This document shows, in pieces, positions 11,101 to 21,224 of a stretch of DNA of 64,000 bases; the stretch's first letter is position 1; each line of letters starts with the position of its first letter. The notes under the pieces are model-generated. The model did no database searches, was not told the DNA's origin, and saw nothing but the letters and a program-made list of their open reading frames with translations. Location: the sequence record DRR723986_5317; one strand, 5' to 3'. The position numbers were made by a program, and so were the translations under genes.

Positions 11101-11506
11101 AAATGGTAGTATTGACGTTGAAATTAACGGAAAAAATATTATTTTGGGATTAGATGATGTAGAGATTACATCAAAAGATATTGAAGGTTGGCTAGTTGCC
11201 AATGAAGGTGCACTAACTGTAGCTTTAGATGTTACAATAAGTGAAGATTTACGTAAAGAGGGTATTGCACGTGAGCTCGTAAACCGTATTCAAAATTTAC
11301 GTAAAGATTCTGGCTTTGAAGTAACAGATAGAATAGATGTTAAGCTTCAAAGAGATGCGCAGGTAACAGCAGCAATTGCTTCAAATGAAGTTTATATTAA
11401 ATCAGAAACCTTAACTGAAGATTTACAAATTATGGACGCAATAGATAATGGTATAGAAATTGCTTTTGATGAAGTAAATACCAAACTGTCTATAAAAAAA
11501 CATTAA
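8102..11506 (+). CDS. ileS: isoleucine--tRNA ligase (type 2)
   Basis: EGPPSANG..GVHH, GWDTHGLP, WTTTPWTLP, KMSKR. Confidence 0.98.
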   Translation: MSAKFPEYKGLNLSKVATEVSDYWQANNIFEKSVTTREGQSPYVFFEGPPSANGLPGVHHVLARAIKDIFPRYKTMKGFQVKRKAGWDTHGLPVELGVEKELGITKEDIGTKITVEEYNEACKKAVMRYTDIWNDLTQKMGYWVDMDNPYVTYKSKYMESVWWLLKQIYDKNLLYKGYTIQPYSPKAGTGLSSHELNQPGTYQDVTDTTVVAQFKANEDSLPDFLQNEGDIFFLAWTTTPWTLPSNTALTVGPKIDYVLVETYNQYTFKPINGVLAKNLVAKQFDGKYNEVENKSDLLDYKDGDKKIPFYVVKEFKGKDLVGITYEQLLDYATPYDNPQNAFRVISGDFVTTEDGTGIVHTAPTFGADDALVAKQAMPEVPPLLVKDDNDNLVPLVDLQGRFRPEMGEFGGKYVKNEYYNDGEAPERSVDVELAIKLKTENKAFKVEKYKHSYPNCWRTDKPILYYPLDSWFIKVTDVKGRMHELNTTINWKPKSTGEGRFGNWLANANDWNLSRSRFWGIPLPIWRTEDGKEQLCIGSVEDLKAEITKAVEAGIMSEDIFADFKVGNMSEDNYEKIDLHKNVVDKIILVSPSGQPMKRESDLIDVWFDSGSMPYAQWHYPFENKNLIDNNEAFPADFIAEGVDQTRGWFYTLHAIGTMVFDSVAYKNVVSNGLVLDKNGQKMSKRLGNAVDPFDTLSKYGADATRWYMISNANPWDNLKFDIDGIEEVSRKFFGTLYNTYSFFTLYTNIDGFRYSEEDIDIKDRPEIDRWILSELNTLIEKVDKFYEEYEPTKAARAISDFTQDYLSNWYVRLSRRRFWKGDYQQDKISAYQTLYTCMLTIAKLGAPIAPFFMDRLYLDLNAVTKKENYESVHLAEFPKADRSLIDKVLERKMGNAQTISSLVLSLRAKEKIKVRQPLQKIMIPVDSVQQKEEIEAVTDLIKHEVNIKSIELLEDASDILVKQIKPNFKALGPRFGRDMKLISNTISSFSAEDIKNIEQNGSIDVEINGKNIILGLDDVEITSKDIEGWLVANEGALTVALDVTISEDLRKEGIARELVNRIQNLRKDSGFEVTDRIDVKLQRDAQVTAAIASNEVYIKSETLTEDLQIMDAIDNGIEIAFDEVNTKLSIKKH

Positions 11507-11511
11507 AACCT

Positions 11512-11895
11512 ATGGCAACAGAAACAAATAACAGATACTCAGACAAGCAATTAGAAGAATTTAGAGTATTAATACAAGAGAAAATAGATAAAGCTGAGCA
11601 CGATTTAGAATTAATAAAGAGTGCTTATATGAATGATCATAATAATGGTACAGACGACACATCGCCAACTTTTAAGGCCTTTGAAGAAGGTAGTGCTACT
11701 ATGAGTAAAGAAGCAAATTCTGCTTTAGCTATTAGACAAGAAAAGTTTATTCGTGATTTAAAAAATGCATTAATAAGAATTGAAAATAAAACATACGGAG
11801 TTTGCCGTGTAACACGAAAGCTTATTAATAAAGAGCGATTAAAATTAGTGCCTCATGCTACATTAAGCATCGAAGCAAAAAATATGCAGAAATAA
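11512..11895 (+). CDS. TraR/DksA family transcription factor
   Basis: Coiled coil plus ALIRIENKTYGVC..ERLKLVPHA. Confidence 0.88.
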   Translation: MATETNNRYSDKQLEEFRVLIQEKIDKAEHDLELIKSAYMNDHNNGTDDTSPTFKAFEEGSATMSKEANSALAIRQEKFIRDLKNALIRIENKTYGVCRVTRKLINKERLKLVPHATLSIEAKNMQK

Positions 11896-11930
11896 TACAT
11901 TCCTAAAAACAGGAATATAAAATTTATTTT

Positions 11931-12578
11931 TTGAAACCTTTCAAAATCATACAGCCTTGGGTTAAATACCTTAAGGCTTTTTTTGTTTTATTTTCTGTGA
12001 TGATACAAGCTCAAAATTCTATTACCTCCGAAATCAATGCCAACGATATTATGGAGATAAATATTAATGGTAATCAAATATTTAATATCACAGTTACAAC
12101 GTCATCCACAGAGTTTATTAAAATTAGTTCCTTGGTTGATGGTGAATATCAAGACTATTTCCAAGTAATTACTGTGCAAAAAGACGGAATATTATTTCTA
12201 AAATTAGAAAAATCACCCTTAAGTGTTATTGCAGATGATAAACGAAATGCTCATAAGGTAGTAGCGGTTAATCTTAGTATTGAAATGCCTGATAATTTAA
12301 ATTTGAACATTGAAAGCGATATCGGATATGTAGATGTAGAAGGAGATTTTAATTCGCTTTCAATAGAATTAATACGTGGTAATTGTAAAGTTATTGGTTC
12401 TGCTGAACAGGCTATGGTTAATACCATAGATGGTCATATTAATATAGAAACTAAAAACGCTAAGGTTAATGCAGTTTCTAATAATGGCACCGTAATTATT
12501 GATGATTTTAAATTCACTGAATTACTATTGACGCTTCAATCTATTAATGGAAATATAACTGTGCGCAACCAAGAATAA
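11931..12578 (+). CDS. DUF4097-like beta-repeat secreted protein (start uncertain)
   Basis: Signal-like N-terminus; repeated xxxG-I-I strands (TIDGHINI, SNNGTVII, SINGNITV). Confidence 0.6.
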   Translation: MKPFKIIQPWVKYLKAFFVLFSVMIQAQNSITSEINANDIMEININGNQIFNITVTTSSTEFIKISSLVDGEYQDYFQVITVQKDGILFLKLEKSPLSVIADDKRNAHKVVAVNLSIEMPDNLNLNIESDIGYVDVEGDFNSLSIELIRGNCKVIGSAEQAMVNTIDGHINIETKNAKVNAVSNNGTVIIDDFKFTELLLTLQSINGNITVRNQE

Positions 12579-12605
12579 TCCATTACTTTTACAGAAAACT
12601 TTTCA

Positions 12606-13271
12606 ATGTCTTTAAAAAAGGCTTCAATTTTAATAGTTCTGATATTACTGATAGATCAAATCAGCAAAATATATATCAAAACGCATTTTCAATTGCACGA
12701 AGATGTAGAAGTCTTTTCTTGGTTTAAAATCGCTTTTGTAGAAAATGATGGTATGGCTTGGGGAACTAAGCTCAGCGATTTTGTGTCATTTATTTCAGAT
12801 AAATCAGCAAAACTCATTTTAACTTTATTCAGAATAGTAGCTCTGACATGTATTGGTTACTGGTTATTTGACGTAACAAGAAAGAAAAAATCCAAGACTT
12901 TGATTTTTGCAATTGCATTAATTTTTGCTGGTGCGCTGGGTAATATTTTAGATTCAGTTTTTTACGGCATATTATTTAGTGATAGTCATATGCAAGTTGC
13001 TACATTTTTACCAGATGGTGGAGGTTATGCAGGAGTATTTCATGGTAAGGTAGTTGATATGCTTCATTTTCCAATTTGGAGTGGTATTTTGCCAGAATGG
13101 TTACCAATTTTTGGTGGAAAATATTTCTCGTTTTTTGATCCTGTTTTTAATGTAGCAGATGTTGCTATTAGTACAGGTATAGGAATACTAATTGTGTTTA
13201 ATAAAAAAGCATTTAAAGAAACTCTTAAAACTGAAAAATCTCATTCGGAGTTACACAATAATCTAACGTAA
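12606..13271 (+). CDS. lspA: lipoprotein signal peptidase II
   Basis: DQISKIYI, ENDGMAWG, GALGNILD, VVDM, FNVADVAI. Confidence 0.95.
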   Translation: MSLKKASILIVLILLIDQISKIYIKTHFQLHEDVEVFSWFKIAFVENDGMAWGTKLSDFVSFISDKSAKLILTLFRIVALTCIGYWLFDVTRKKKSKTLIFAIALIFAGALGNILDSVFYGILFSDSHMQVATFLPDGGGYAGVFHGKVVDMLHFPIWSGILPEWLPIFGGKYFSFFDPVFNVADVAISTGIGILIVFNKKAFKETLKTEKSHSELHNNLT

Positions 13272-13788
13272 TATCCTCTTTTGAGGATTCAAAAACTTTA
13301 GTTTCAACATCAAAAAAAGACAAGCCAATTTTTATAGTTTCAGGTTTACAATCAGCTAAAAATCTGTCGTAAAATCCTTTGCCGTAGCCAATTCTATTAC
13401 CTGTTTTATCAAAGGTTAGTAGTGGGACAAAAACAATATCTAATTGAGAGGAATTAATCTCAATTCCATCAATAGGTTCTGGAATATTGTAGTGGTTTTT
13501 TTTAATTTTAGTGTTGTCTGTTAGTAGATAATGCGTCATGCTGTAATCTTCAAAATTACTTTTTGAAATGACAATGTTTTTATCTTTTCCGGCTAAAATG
13601 TTTAATATATAATCAGTGTTAACTTCGTTTTGTTCTTCAATAGATAAAAAGATATGATAAAACGATTTATTCCAAATATTCAGTTTCAGTAATTGATTAG
13701 AAATATCTAGACTATAATCTTCAATCTGCTCTACTGTTAGATTTTTCCTCAGTGCTTTATATTTTTTACGAAGCTCAGATTTTGTCAT
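13225..13788 (-). CDS. 5-formyltetrahydrofolate cyclo-ligase
   Basis: KSELRK, IPEP, VPLLTFDKTGNRIGYGKGFYDRFL. Confidence 0.95.
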   Translation of the reverse strand: MTKSELRKKYKALRKNLTVEQIEDYSLDISNQLLKLNIWNKSFYHIFLSIEEQNEVNTDYILNILAGKDKNIVISKSNFEDYSMTHYLLTDNTKIKKNHYNIPEPIDGIEINSSQLDIVFVPLLTFDKTGNRIGYGKGFYDRFLADCKPETIKIGLSFFDVETKVFESSKEDITLDYCVTPNEIFQF

Positions 13789-14753
13789 TATTCAAGCTTT
13801 GTAGAAATATGAAAAATTGCATCTCCTTGATAGATAATTGGGGACTCATTAACATTAAATATATATCCATTATTTAGCGCTTTAACAAAGTGATTAAAAC
13901 TACCATAAGGATCTGTTATATGTCCAAGAACATCACCTTTTTTAACTTCAGAATTTACAGTTACAGCTGATTTAAACATACCAGAGTGATTTGCACGAAT
14001 CCACTTACTCTCTACTATTTTTACACAATTCTTTTTAGGTTTGGTGACTTTAAATTTACTGCTTAACATCTCAAGATGATTGAGAACACGTTTTGTGCCA
14101 TTAACACCTGTGTTTGTAACAGTCCTATCAATGTTAAAGGACTTACCACCTTCAAATAAAAGCATTGGGATGCCTTGTTTATAACAAGAATTTCTGAAAG
14201 ACTTGTTTAAGTTTTTAGAGTAATAAATAAAAGGAGCACCAAAGACTTGAGCTAGTTCATCCAAGACAACTTCATTTTTCACAATTCGTATTTGAGCAGC
14301 ATTAAAACGATCTGACCCACCAGTATGAAAATCTAAAATTAAATCTGCATGTGGTACTATTTCTGTCATTAATTTATGAGCAACTCTACTAGCTAGAGAT
14401 CCACTTTTTCCACCAGGAAACACACGGTTTAGATCTCTCCCATCAGGAAATTCTCTATCCATATGAATAAATCCAAAAACATTAATAACAGGTATACATA
14501 TAATAGTACCCTTTTTGGGTTTGTTGATACCTTTAGCTATGATCTGACGAACTATTTCTACACCATTAACTTCGTCACCATGTATACCAGCGGTAATTAA
14601 TACTGTTGGTCCTGGTTTTTTAGAACGCTCAATAATTACAGGAACGTCGATTGTATTTTGAGTATGTAATTTGGCGACATTAAAGCTTACTTTGGCACTT
14701 TCACCCAAAGCTACTGTTTCACCTAATATGTGTAATATTTCTTTTTCACTCAT
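13788..14753 (-). CDS. succinylglutamate desuccinylase/aspartoacylase (M14-like) family protein
   Basis: AGIHGDEVNG, DLNRVFPG, LDFHTG; C-terminal barrel-sandwich hybrid domain. Confidence 0.92.
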   Translation of the reverse strand: MSEKEILHILGETVALGESAKVSFNVAKLHTQNTIDVPVIIERSKKPGPTVLITAGIHGDEVNGVEIVRQIIAKGINKPKKGTIICIPVINVFGFIHMDREFPDGRDLNRVFPGGKSGSLASRVAHKLMTEIVPHADLILDFHTGGSDRFNAAQIRIVKNEVVLDELAQVFGAPFIYYSKNLNKSFRNSCYKQGIPMLLFEGGKSFNIDRTVTNTGVNGTKRVLNHLEMLSSKFKVTKPKKNCVKIVESKWIRANHSGMFKSAVTVNSEVKKGDVLGHITDPYGSFNHFVKALNNGYIFNVNESPIIYQGDAIFHISTKLE

Positions 14754-14796
14754 AGTTATTTCCTGTAAAAACAGGAATCTATTTTCTGGTTTCTAA

Positions 14797-15672
14797 TTAT
14801 TTTCTATTACGTTCTATAAATGTAATAATTGCTCGAGCGATATTTTTTTGAGTTGCACCTTCTATACCTTCTAAACCTGGTGTAGAATTTACTTCCATAA
14901 TTAATGGTCCTCTAGAAGATTGTAGCATATCTACACCACATACAGGAAGTTTTAAAGCACGAGCTGCCTTTATAGCTAACTTTAACTCATCCTCTGATAG
15001 TCTTATTAGATTAGCACTTCCTCCTCTATGCAAATTTGAACGAAATTCACCCTCTCTTCCTTGCCGTTTCATAGCGCCAACAACATGGCCATCTACAATA
15101 AGTGCTCTTAAATCGGCACCTTTAGCCTCTGAAATATATTCTTGCACCAGTGCTCTTGCTTGTAATCCATTAAATGCTTCTAGTACAGATTCGGCAGCAT
15201 TTTTAGATTCTGCTAATACAACTCCTAATCCTTGAGTACCTTCAAGTAATTTTATTATAACAGGTGGTCCACCTACATGCTCTAATACTTCTTCTACATC
15301 GCGAGAATAATTAGTAAATACGGTCTTAGGCATTCCAATTCCGGCTTTAGATAGTCTCTGAAAACTTCGTAATTTATCTCTACTTCTTATTATGGCATCA
15401 GAGGTAACTGTAGTAAATACATTCATCATTTCAAACTGTCGAACTACAGCACATCCAAAAAATGTAACAGAAGCACCAATTCTAGGTATAATGGCATCTA
15501 CATAATCTAAATACCTATCTCTGTAATAGATAGTAGGTTTTTCTTTTTCAATAATTATATCGCACTTAAGAGGATCAATAACTTCTATTTCATGACCTCT
15601 TTTTTCGCCCTCAACGACAAGACGGCGTGTAGAATATAAATTTTCGTTTCTAGAAAGGATGACAATATTCAT
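14797..15672 (-). CDS. rimK: RimK family alpha-L-glutamate ligase
   Basis: [37 protein letters not shown] at 15672. Confidence 0.95.
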   Translation of the reverse strand: MNIVILSRNENLYSTRRLVVEGEKRGHEIEVIDPLKCDIIIEKEKPTIYYRDRYLDYVDAIIPRIGASVTFFGCAVVRQFEMMNVFTTVTSDAIIRSRDKLRSFQRLSKAGIGMPKTVFTNYSRDVEEVLEHVGGPPVIIKLLEGTQGLGVVLAESKNAAESVLEAFNGLQARALVQEYISEAKGADLRALIVDGHVVGAMKRQGREGEFRSNLHRGGSANLIRLSEDELKLAIKAARALKLPVCGVDMLQSSRGPLIMEVNSTPGLEGIEGATQKNIARAIITFIERNRK

Positions 15673-15770
15673 TGATATAATTAAAGCTCGTAAGATATTT
15701 GCTCCATGCAATATACTAAAAAAGGTTTTCCGATTTTTACAATACTAGCATTTAAACTACCTTTGATTTA

Positions 15771-17564
15771 ATGCCGGAAACATCCTTAGAAATACAGATT
15801 AAGACACTACCACATCAGCCTGGTGTGTATCAATATTTTGATGCTGAAGACAGGCTCATATATGTTGGTAAGGCAAAGGACATCAAAAAACGAGTTAGTA
15901 GTTATTTTACAAAGCATCATGATTATGGCAAAACACGTGTTCTAGTAAAAAACATCGCTTCTGTAAAGCATATTGTTGTAGAGACTGAAACAGATGCATT
16001 ACTATTAGAAAATAATCTAATAAAAAAGTATCAGCCTAAGTATAATGTAATGCTTAAGGATGATAAATCGTATCCATGGATTTGTATAAAAAATGAACGT
16101 TTCCCTAGAGTTTTTTCTACACGTAGAGTTTTTAAAGATGGTTCTGAATATTTCGGGCCATATACAAGTATGAAAACCGTGAAAACCCTTTTAGGCTTAA
16201 TTAAAGGATTATATCAGTTACGAACTTGTAATTACGACTTGTCCCAGGTAAAAATTGAAGCTGGTAAATACAAGGTCTGTTTAGAATATCATTTAGGAAA
16301 CTGCAAAGGACCATGTGAAGGATATGAAACTGAAGAGGAATACCATGCAAATATTAAAGCCATTCGAGAAATATTAAAGGGTAATTTTAAAGATTCTTTG
16401 CAGCGATTTAGAATTCAAATGAAGGCTTATTCAGAGCAAATGAATTTTGAGGATGCTCAAAAAATTAAAGAGAAATTAGATATCCTTGAAAATTATCAGG
16501 CAAAATCTACCATTGTTAATCCAAAAATTAGCAATGTGGACGTGTTCTCAATTGTTAGCGATGAAACATATGCATATGTTAACTTTTTACAATTAAGTTA
16601 TGGCTCGATTATTAGATCTCATACTCTAGAATTAAAAAAGAAATTACAAGAAACTGATGAGGAACTTTTAGAAATTGCCATAACTGAAATTAGGCAAAGA
16701 TTTAATTCTAAGTCTAAAGAAATTTATGTGCCTTTTAAAGTCAACTTAGGTGAGGATGTAAAAGTAACAGTACCAAAATTGGGCGATAAAAAAAGTATTG
16801 TAGACTTATCTAGGCGCAATGCTATGTACTATCGTATGGATAAATTAAAGCAGATAAAAATTGTAGATCCAGATAGACATGCTAATAGAATAATGGCCCA
16901 AATGAAGGCAGACTTGAGACTGTCTAAAGAACCACGACATATTGAATGTTTTGATAATTCTAATATACAAGGTACAAACCCTGTTGCAGCTTGTGTAGTA
17001 TTTAAAAACGGAAAACCGAGTAAAAAGGATTATCGTCATTTTAATATTAAAACTGTAGAAGGACCAGATGACTTTGCCTCTATGGAAGAGGTGGTTTACA
17101 GACGTTATAAAAGATTATTAGAAGAAGGTAAGCCTTTACCACAGCTTATCATTATAGATGGTGGTAAAGGGCAATTATCATCTGCTTTAAAGAGCTTAGA
17201 TATTTTAGGTTTAAGAGGAAAGATTGCCATCATCGGAATTGCAAAACGTTTAGAAGAATTATTTTATCCAGATGATCCAATTCCCTTATATTTAGACAAG
17301 AAAAGTGAAACACTAAAGATAATACAACAACTTAGAAATGAGGCTCATAGATTTGGTATTGAACATCATAGAAATAGGAGAAGTAAAAGTGCACTAACTA
17401 CAGAATTAGAAAATATTCCTGGTATAGGTGAGCAAACAATAATTGATCTAATGAAGCAGTTTAAAACCGTAAAACGAATTGCTAATGCTAAATTAGATGA
17501 ATTAGAGACAGTTGTTGGTGTTTCTAGAGCAAACAAAATTTATAATTACTATCACAAAGAATAA
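15771..17564 (+). CDS. uvrC: excinuclease ABC subunit C
   Basis: GIY-YIG PGVYQY..IYVGKAK, IECFDNS, IDGGKGQL, RNEAHRF, HhH. Confidence 0.98.
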   Translation: MPETSLEIQIKTLPHQPGVYQYFDAEDRLIYVGKAKDIKKRVSSYFTKHHDYGKTRVLVKNIASVKHIVVETETDALLLENNLIKKYQPKYNVMLKDDKSYPWICIKNERFPRVFSTRRVFKDGSEYFGPYTSMKTVKTLLGLIKGLYQLRTCNYDLSQVKIEAGKYKVCLEYHLGNCKGPCEGYETEEEYHANIKAIREILKGNFKDSLQRFRIQMKAYSEQMNFEDAQKIKEKLDILENYQAKSTIVNPKISNVDVFSIVSDETYAYVNFLQLSYGSIIRSHTLELKKKLQETDEELLEIAITEIRQRFNSKSKEIYVPFKVNLGEDVKVTVPKLGDKKSIVDLSRRNAMYYRMDKLKQIKIVDPDRHANRIMAQMKADLRLSKEPRHIECFDNSNIQGTNPVAACVVFKNGKPSKKDYRHFNIKTVEGPDDFASMEEVVYRRYKRLLEEGKPLPQLIIIDGGKGQLSSALKSLDILGLRGKIAIIGIAKRLEELFYPDDPIPLYLDKKSETLKIIQQLRNEAHRFGIEHHRNRRSKSALTTELENIPGIGEQTIIDLMKQFKTVKRIANAKLDELETVVGVSRANKIYNYYHKE

Positions 17565-17565
17565 A

Positions 17566-19830
17566 TTGAAAAGAAAACCTACATACAATAGTTTAATTAA
17601 TAACGTTAAGACTTTAATCTTAGGATGTCTATTAAGTTTAAGTTTTACAATAACGAATGCACAAGAAGCTAAGGAACCAAAAGTTGGTTTAGTGCTAAGT
17701 GGTGGTGGTGCCAAAGGATTTGCACATATTGGTGTATTAAAAGTTATAGATAGCTTAGGAATAAAAATAGACTACATTTCTGGCACAAGTATGGGTGCTA
17801 TTATTGGGTCATTATATACAACTGGTTATTCAGGAAAGCAGCTAGAAGCGATGTTTAATGATCAGGATTTCAATGAACTTATTAATGATGAATTTCCAAG
17901 ATCTGCGAAGCCATTTTATGAGCGTGAAAATGCTGAAAAATATGCGGTAAGTTTACCTTTTGATAATTTTAAAATTAGTTTGCCATCGGCTTTATCTAGA
18001 GGTCAAAATGTATATAATTTATTGTATCAATTAATGCTTCCTGTTGATGAAATTAGAAATTTTGAAAATTTACCAATTCCATTTTTTTGTATCGCTACAG
18101 ATATTGAAACCGGAGAATCTATTATTATGGATAAAGGACGTTTAGCAGAAGCTGTAACTGCTAGTGGAGCCTTACCATCGTTATTTCAACCTGTAGTAAT
18201 TGGTGACAAAATACTAATTGATGGTGGTGTGACCAATAATTTTCCAGTAGAAGAATTACGTGCTAAAGGCATGGATATTATCATTGGAGTAGATGTGCAA
18301 GATGCGTTAAGAGATAGGGCATCATTAAAATCTGCACCAGACATTTTGTTTCAAATAAATAATTTTCGGACAATAAAAGCAATGGCGAGTAAGGCTTCTT
18401 TAACCGATATCTATATAAAGCCAGATATTTCTAACTTTTCTGTAATTTCCTTTGATGAAGGAGGTGATATTATTGCCAATGGGGAAGCTGCTGCACGAGT
18501 AAATTTAGATGCACTTTTAGAGGTTAAAGGTCAGCAATCATCTAACTTAGAAAGACCAGAACAAAAAATTTCGGACAGTATTAGAATAAAGTCCGTAGAT
18601 ATAGAAGGTAATGAAAGATATACCAGAGCTTATTTATTAGGTAAGCTAAAATTTAAAGACAAAAATAAAATTAGTTTTTCTAAGTTTAGAAAAGGGATAA
18701 ATAATCTTATTGCCACCAACAACTTTGACACCTTTAGATACTATCTAGAGCCTACATCTGATGAATCTAGCTACAGACTTAAAGGTGATATTCGCGAGTC
18801 TGAAACTACTACTTTTTTAAAACTCGGAGTTCATTATGACGGATTATATAAAAGCGCTGCACTTGCAAATCTTACAAAAAAAAGATTATTGTTTAATAAC
18901 GATATCGCATCGCTCGATCTTATTTTAGGAGATAATTCTAGATATAATTTTGATTATTTTATTGATAAAGGGTTTTATCTTAGTATAGGTGTTAAATCAC
19001 GGTTTAATCAGTTTAATAAAAACGTAAATCCACTCTTAGCACTAGAAGAGAACTCGCCTTTGTTATCAGATTTAAATCGCATAGATGTGGAATTAACAGA
19101 TTTTACTAATCAAATATATTTACAGACCATTTTCAGAAAAGATTTTGCCTTACGTATTGGTGCTGAATATAAGCGATTAAAAATTACTTCAGAAACCTTA
19201 ATTGATGAAGATCAGGAAGATGATATAACTTTTGAAAATACAGATTATTTTGGACTCTTTGGGAATCTAATTTTTGATGATTATGACAACCGTTATTTTC
19301 CGAAAAACGGTTTTTACTTTAATGGAGATTTCCATTTGTATTTAAATGCATCTGGATTTAATAAAGATTTTGAAGAATTTTCAATTGCAAAAGCAGACAT
19401 TGGTTACGCCTTTAGTTTTACTGAAAAATTGGCGCTTAAATCTGAAACAAGTGGAGGATTTAAAATAGGTGATAACTCTACAACATCGCTTGGTTTTGCG
19501 CTTGGTGGATATGCTAATAATTTCATTAATAATTTCTATTCTTTTTATGGTTATGACTTTATTTCACTATCAGGAGATAGTTTTGTAAAAGCTACATTTA
19601 CATTAGATTACGAATTGTTTCAAAACCATCATATACTTTTAGCTGCAAATTATGCTAATATAGAAGATGGCATTTTTGAAACAGGTGAATGGGTTTCTGC
19701 ACCAGATTATAGTGGTTATGCTTTAGGGTATTCTTTAGAGACATTTTTAGGACCTTTGGAGGGTAAGTTCACTTACTCACCAGAAACTGGCGATAGTTAT
19801 TGGTTTTTTAACTTAGGGTTTTGGTTTTAA
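17566..19830 (+). CDS. patatin-like phospholipase with POTRA and beta-barrel (PlpD-like); start uncertain
   Basis: SGGGAKG, GTSMG and DGG motifs; POTRA-like IEGNERYT; C-terminal FNLGFWF. Confidence 0.88.
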   Translation: MKRKPTYNSLINNVKTLILGCLLSLSFTITNAQEAKEPKVGLVLSGGGAKGFAHIGVLKVIDSLGIKIDYISGTSMGAIIGSLYTTGYSGKQLEAMFNDQDFNELINDEFPRSAKPFYERENAEKYAVSLPFDNFKISLPSALSRGQNVYNLLYQLMLPVDEIRNFENLPIPFFCIATDIETGESIIMDKGRLAEAVTASGALPSLFQPVVIGDKILIDGGVTNNFPVEELRAKGMDIIIGVDVQDALRDRASLKSAPDILFQINNFRTIKAMASKASLTDIYIKPDISNFSVISFDEGGDIIANGEAAARVNLDALLEVKGQQSSNLERPEQKISDSIRIKSVDIEGNERYTRAYLLGKLKFKDKNKISFSKFRKGINNLIATNNFDTFRYYLEPTSDESSYRLKGDIRESETTTFLKLGVHYDGLYKSAALANLTKKRLLFNNDIASLDLILGDNSRYNFDYFIDKGFYLSIGVKSRFNQFNKNVNPLLALEENSPLLSDLNRIDVELTDFTNQIYLQTIFRKDFALRIGAEYKRLKITSETLIDEDQEDDITFENTDYFGLFGNLIFDDYDNRYFPKNGFYFNGDFHLYLNASGFNKDFEEFSIAKADIGYAFSFTEKLALKSETSGGFKIGDNSTTSLGFALGGYANNFINNFYSFYGYDFISLSGDSFVKATFTLDYELFQNHHILLAANYANIEDGIFETGEWVSAPDYSGYALGYSLETFLGPLEGKFTYSPETGDSYWFFNLGFWF

Positions 19831-20037
19831 TTTAAAAAATCATCAACTTTGTATGTACATGACAGCTTTCTGGAAAGATATTAAACTTCACTTGCATTTC
19901 CTTATCAAAAGGAACCCAGAATAGATATGCTCTATCATTCTTGCTTAGGTAAGAATCTCGTCAATTTTTGTACCTTTAAAGGTGGTTTAAATATTCATTT
20001 AAACACATATTATTTCAACAACTAAACGACATTACAA

Positions 20038-21195
20038 ATGCCATTTTATCATAAATTAGGAAAAATTCCACCGAAACGACATACGCAATTCAAAAAGCCA
20101 AATGGGGATTTCTATTACGAGCAATTATTTGGTACTATTGGGTTTGATGGTATGTCAACAAATAGTTATCATGAGCAAAGACCAACTCAGGTAAAAGAAA
20201 TTAGGAAACAGTATAGCATTGCACCAAAGGTTGCAAAGGCTAATAATATGCAATCTTACCGTTTGCATGGTTTTAAGGTAAAACCAGAAAATGATTATTT
20301 AGATAGCCGAAAAATTGTACTGACTAATAGTGATTGTAATATTATTTTAGCAGCGCCAAAAGAGTCTACAAGAGATTATTTTTATAAAAATACAGATGCA
20401 GATGAATTAATTTTCATTCATAAAGGTACAGGTAAATTAAGAACCATGCTAGGCAATCTCGATTTTAAATATGGTGATTACTTATTAGTGCCAAGAGGCA
20501 TCGTCTATAAACTCGATTTCGATACTGAAGACAACCGATTATTTATCGTAGAATCTTACAGACCTATTTATACTCCTAAACGTTATAGAAATTGGTTTGG
20601 TCAGTTACTCGAACACTCACCTTTTTGCGAACGCGACTTAAGACAGCCACAAGAATTAGAAACATATAATGAGTCTGGTGACTTTTTAATAAAAATAAAA
20701 AAGCAGGATGAAATTATTGAAATGGTCTATGCTTCGCATCCTTTTGATGTTATAGGTTACGATGGTTACAACTATCCTTATGCGTTTTCAATTCATGATT
20801 TTGAGCCTATTACTGGTCGTGTACATCAACCACCACCAGTACATCAAACTTTTGAAACAGATGCCTTTGTAGTTTGCAGTTTTGTTCCGAGGTTATATGA
20901 TTATCATCCTTTAGCAGTACCAGCACCTTATAATCATAGTAATATAGATAGTGATGAGGTGTTGTACTATGTCGATGGCGATTTTATGAGCAGAAATGAT
21001 ATAGATGCAGGGCATATTTCATTGCATCCAGCTGGTATTCCTCATGGGCCCCATCCTGGAGCAATGGAGCGCAGTATTGGTAAGATAAAAACGGACGAAT
21101 TAGCTGTAATGGTAGATACGTTTAAGCCATTAAAAGTTACTGAAGAAGCATTAAAAATTGCAGACGAAGATTATTACAAATCTTGGTTAGAGTAA
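20038..21195 (+). CDS. hmgA: homogentisate 1,2-dioxygenase
   Basis: HQPPPVHQTF, PYNHSNIDSDE, LHPAGIPHGPH; lies next to hppD. Confidence 0.93.
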   Translation: MPFYHKLGKIPPKRHTQFKKPNGDFYYEQLFGTIGFDGMSTNSYHEQRPTQVKEIRKQYSIAPKVAKANNMQSYRLHGFKVKPENDYLDSRKIVLTNSDCNIILAAPKESTRDYFYKNTDADELIFIHKGTGKLRTMLGNLDFKYGDYLLVPRGIVYKLDFDTEDNRLFIVESYRPIYTPKRYRNWFGQLLEHSPFCERDLRQPQELETYNESGDFLIKIKKQDEIIEMVYASHPFDVIGYDGYNYPYAFSIHDFEPITGRVHQPPPVHQTFETDAFVVCSFVPRLYDYHPLAVPAPYNHSNIDSDEVLYYVDGDFMSRNDIDAGHISLHPAGIPHGPHPGAMERSIGKIKTDELAVMVDTFKPLKVTEEALKIADEDYYKSWLE

Positions 21196-21224
21196 TAGCT
21201 TAAATATTTAATAGAACTAATTAA

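Noticed and set aside
7709-11202. Antisense ORFs inside the T9SS gene and ileS (7709, 9115, 9496, 10849)
   Set aside because: Shadow ORFs of strong sense genes.
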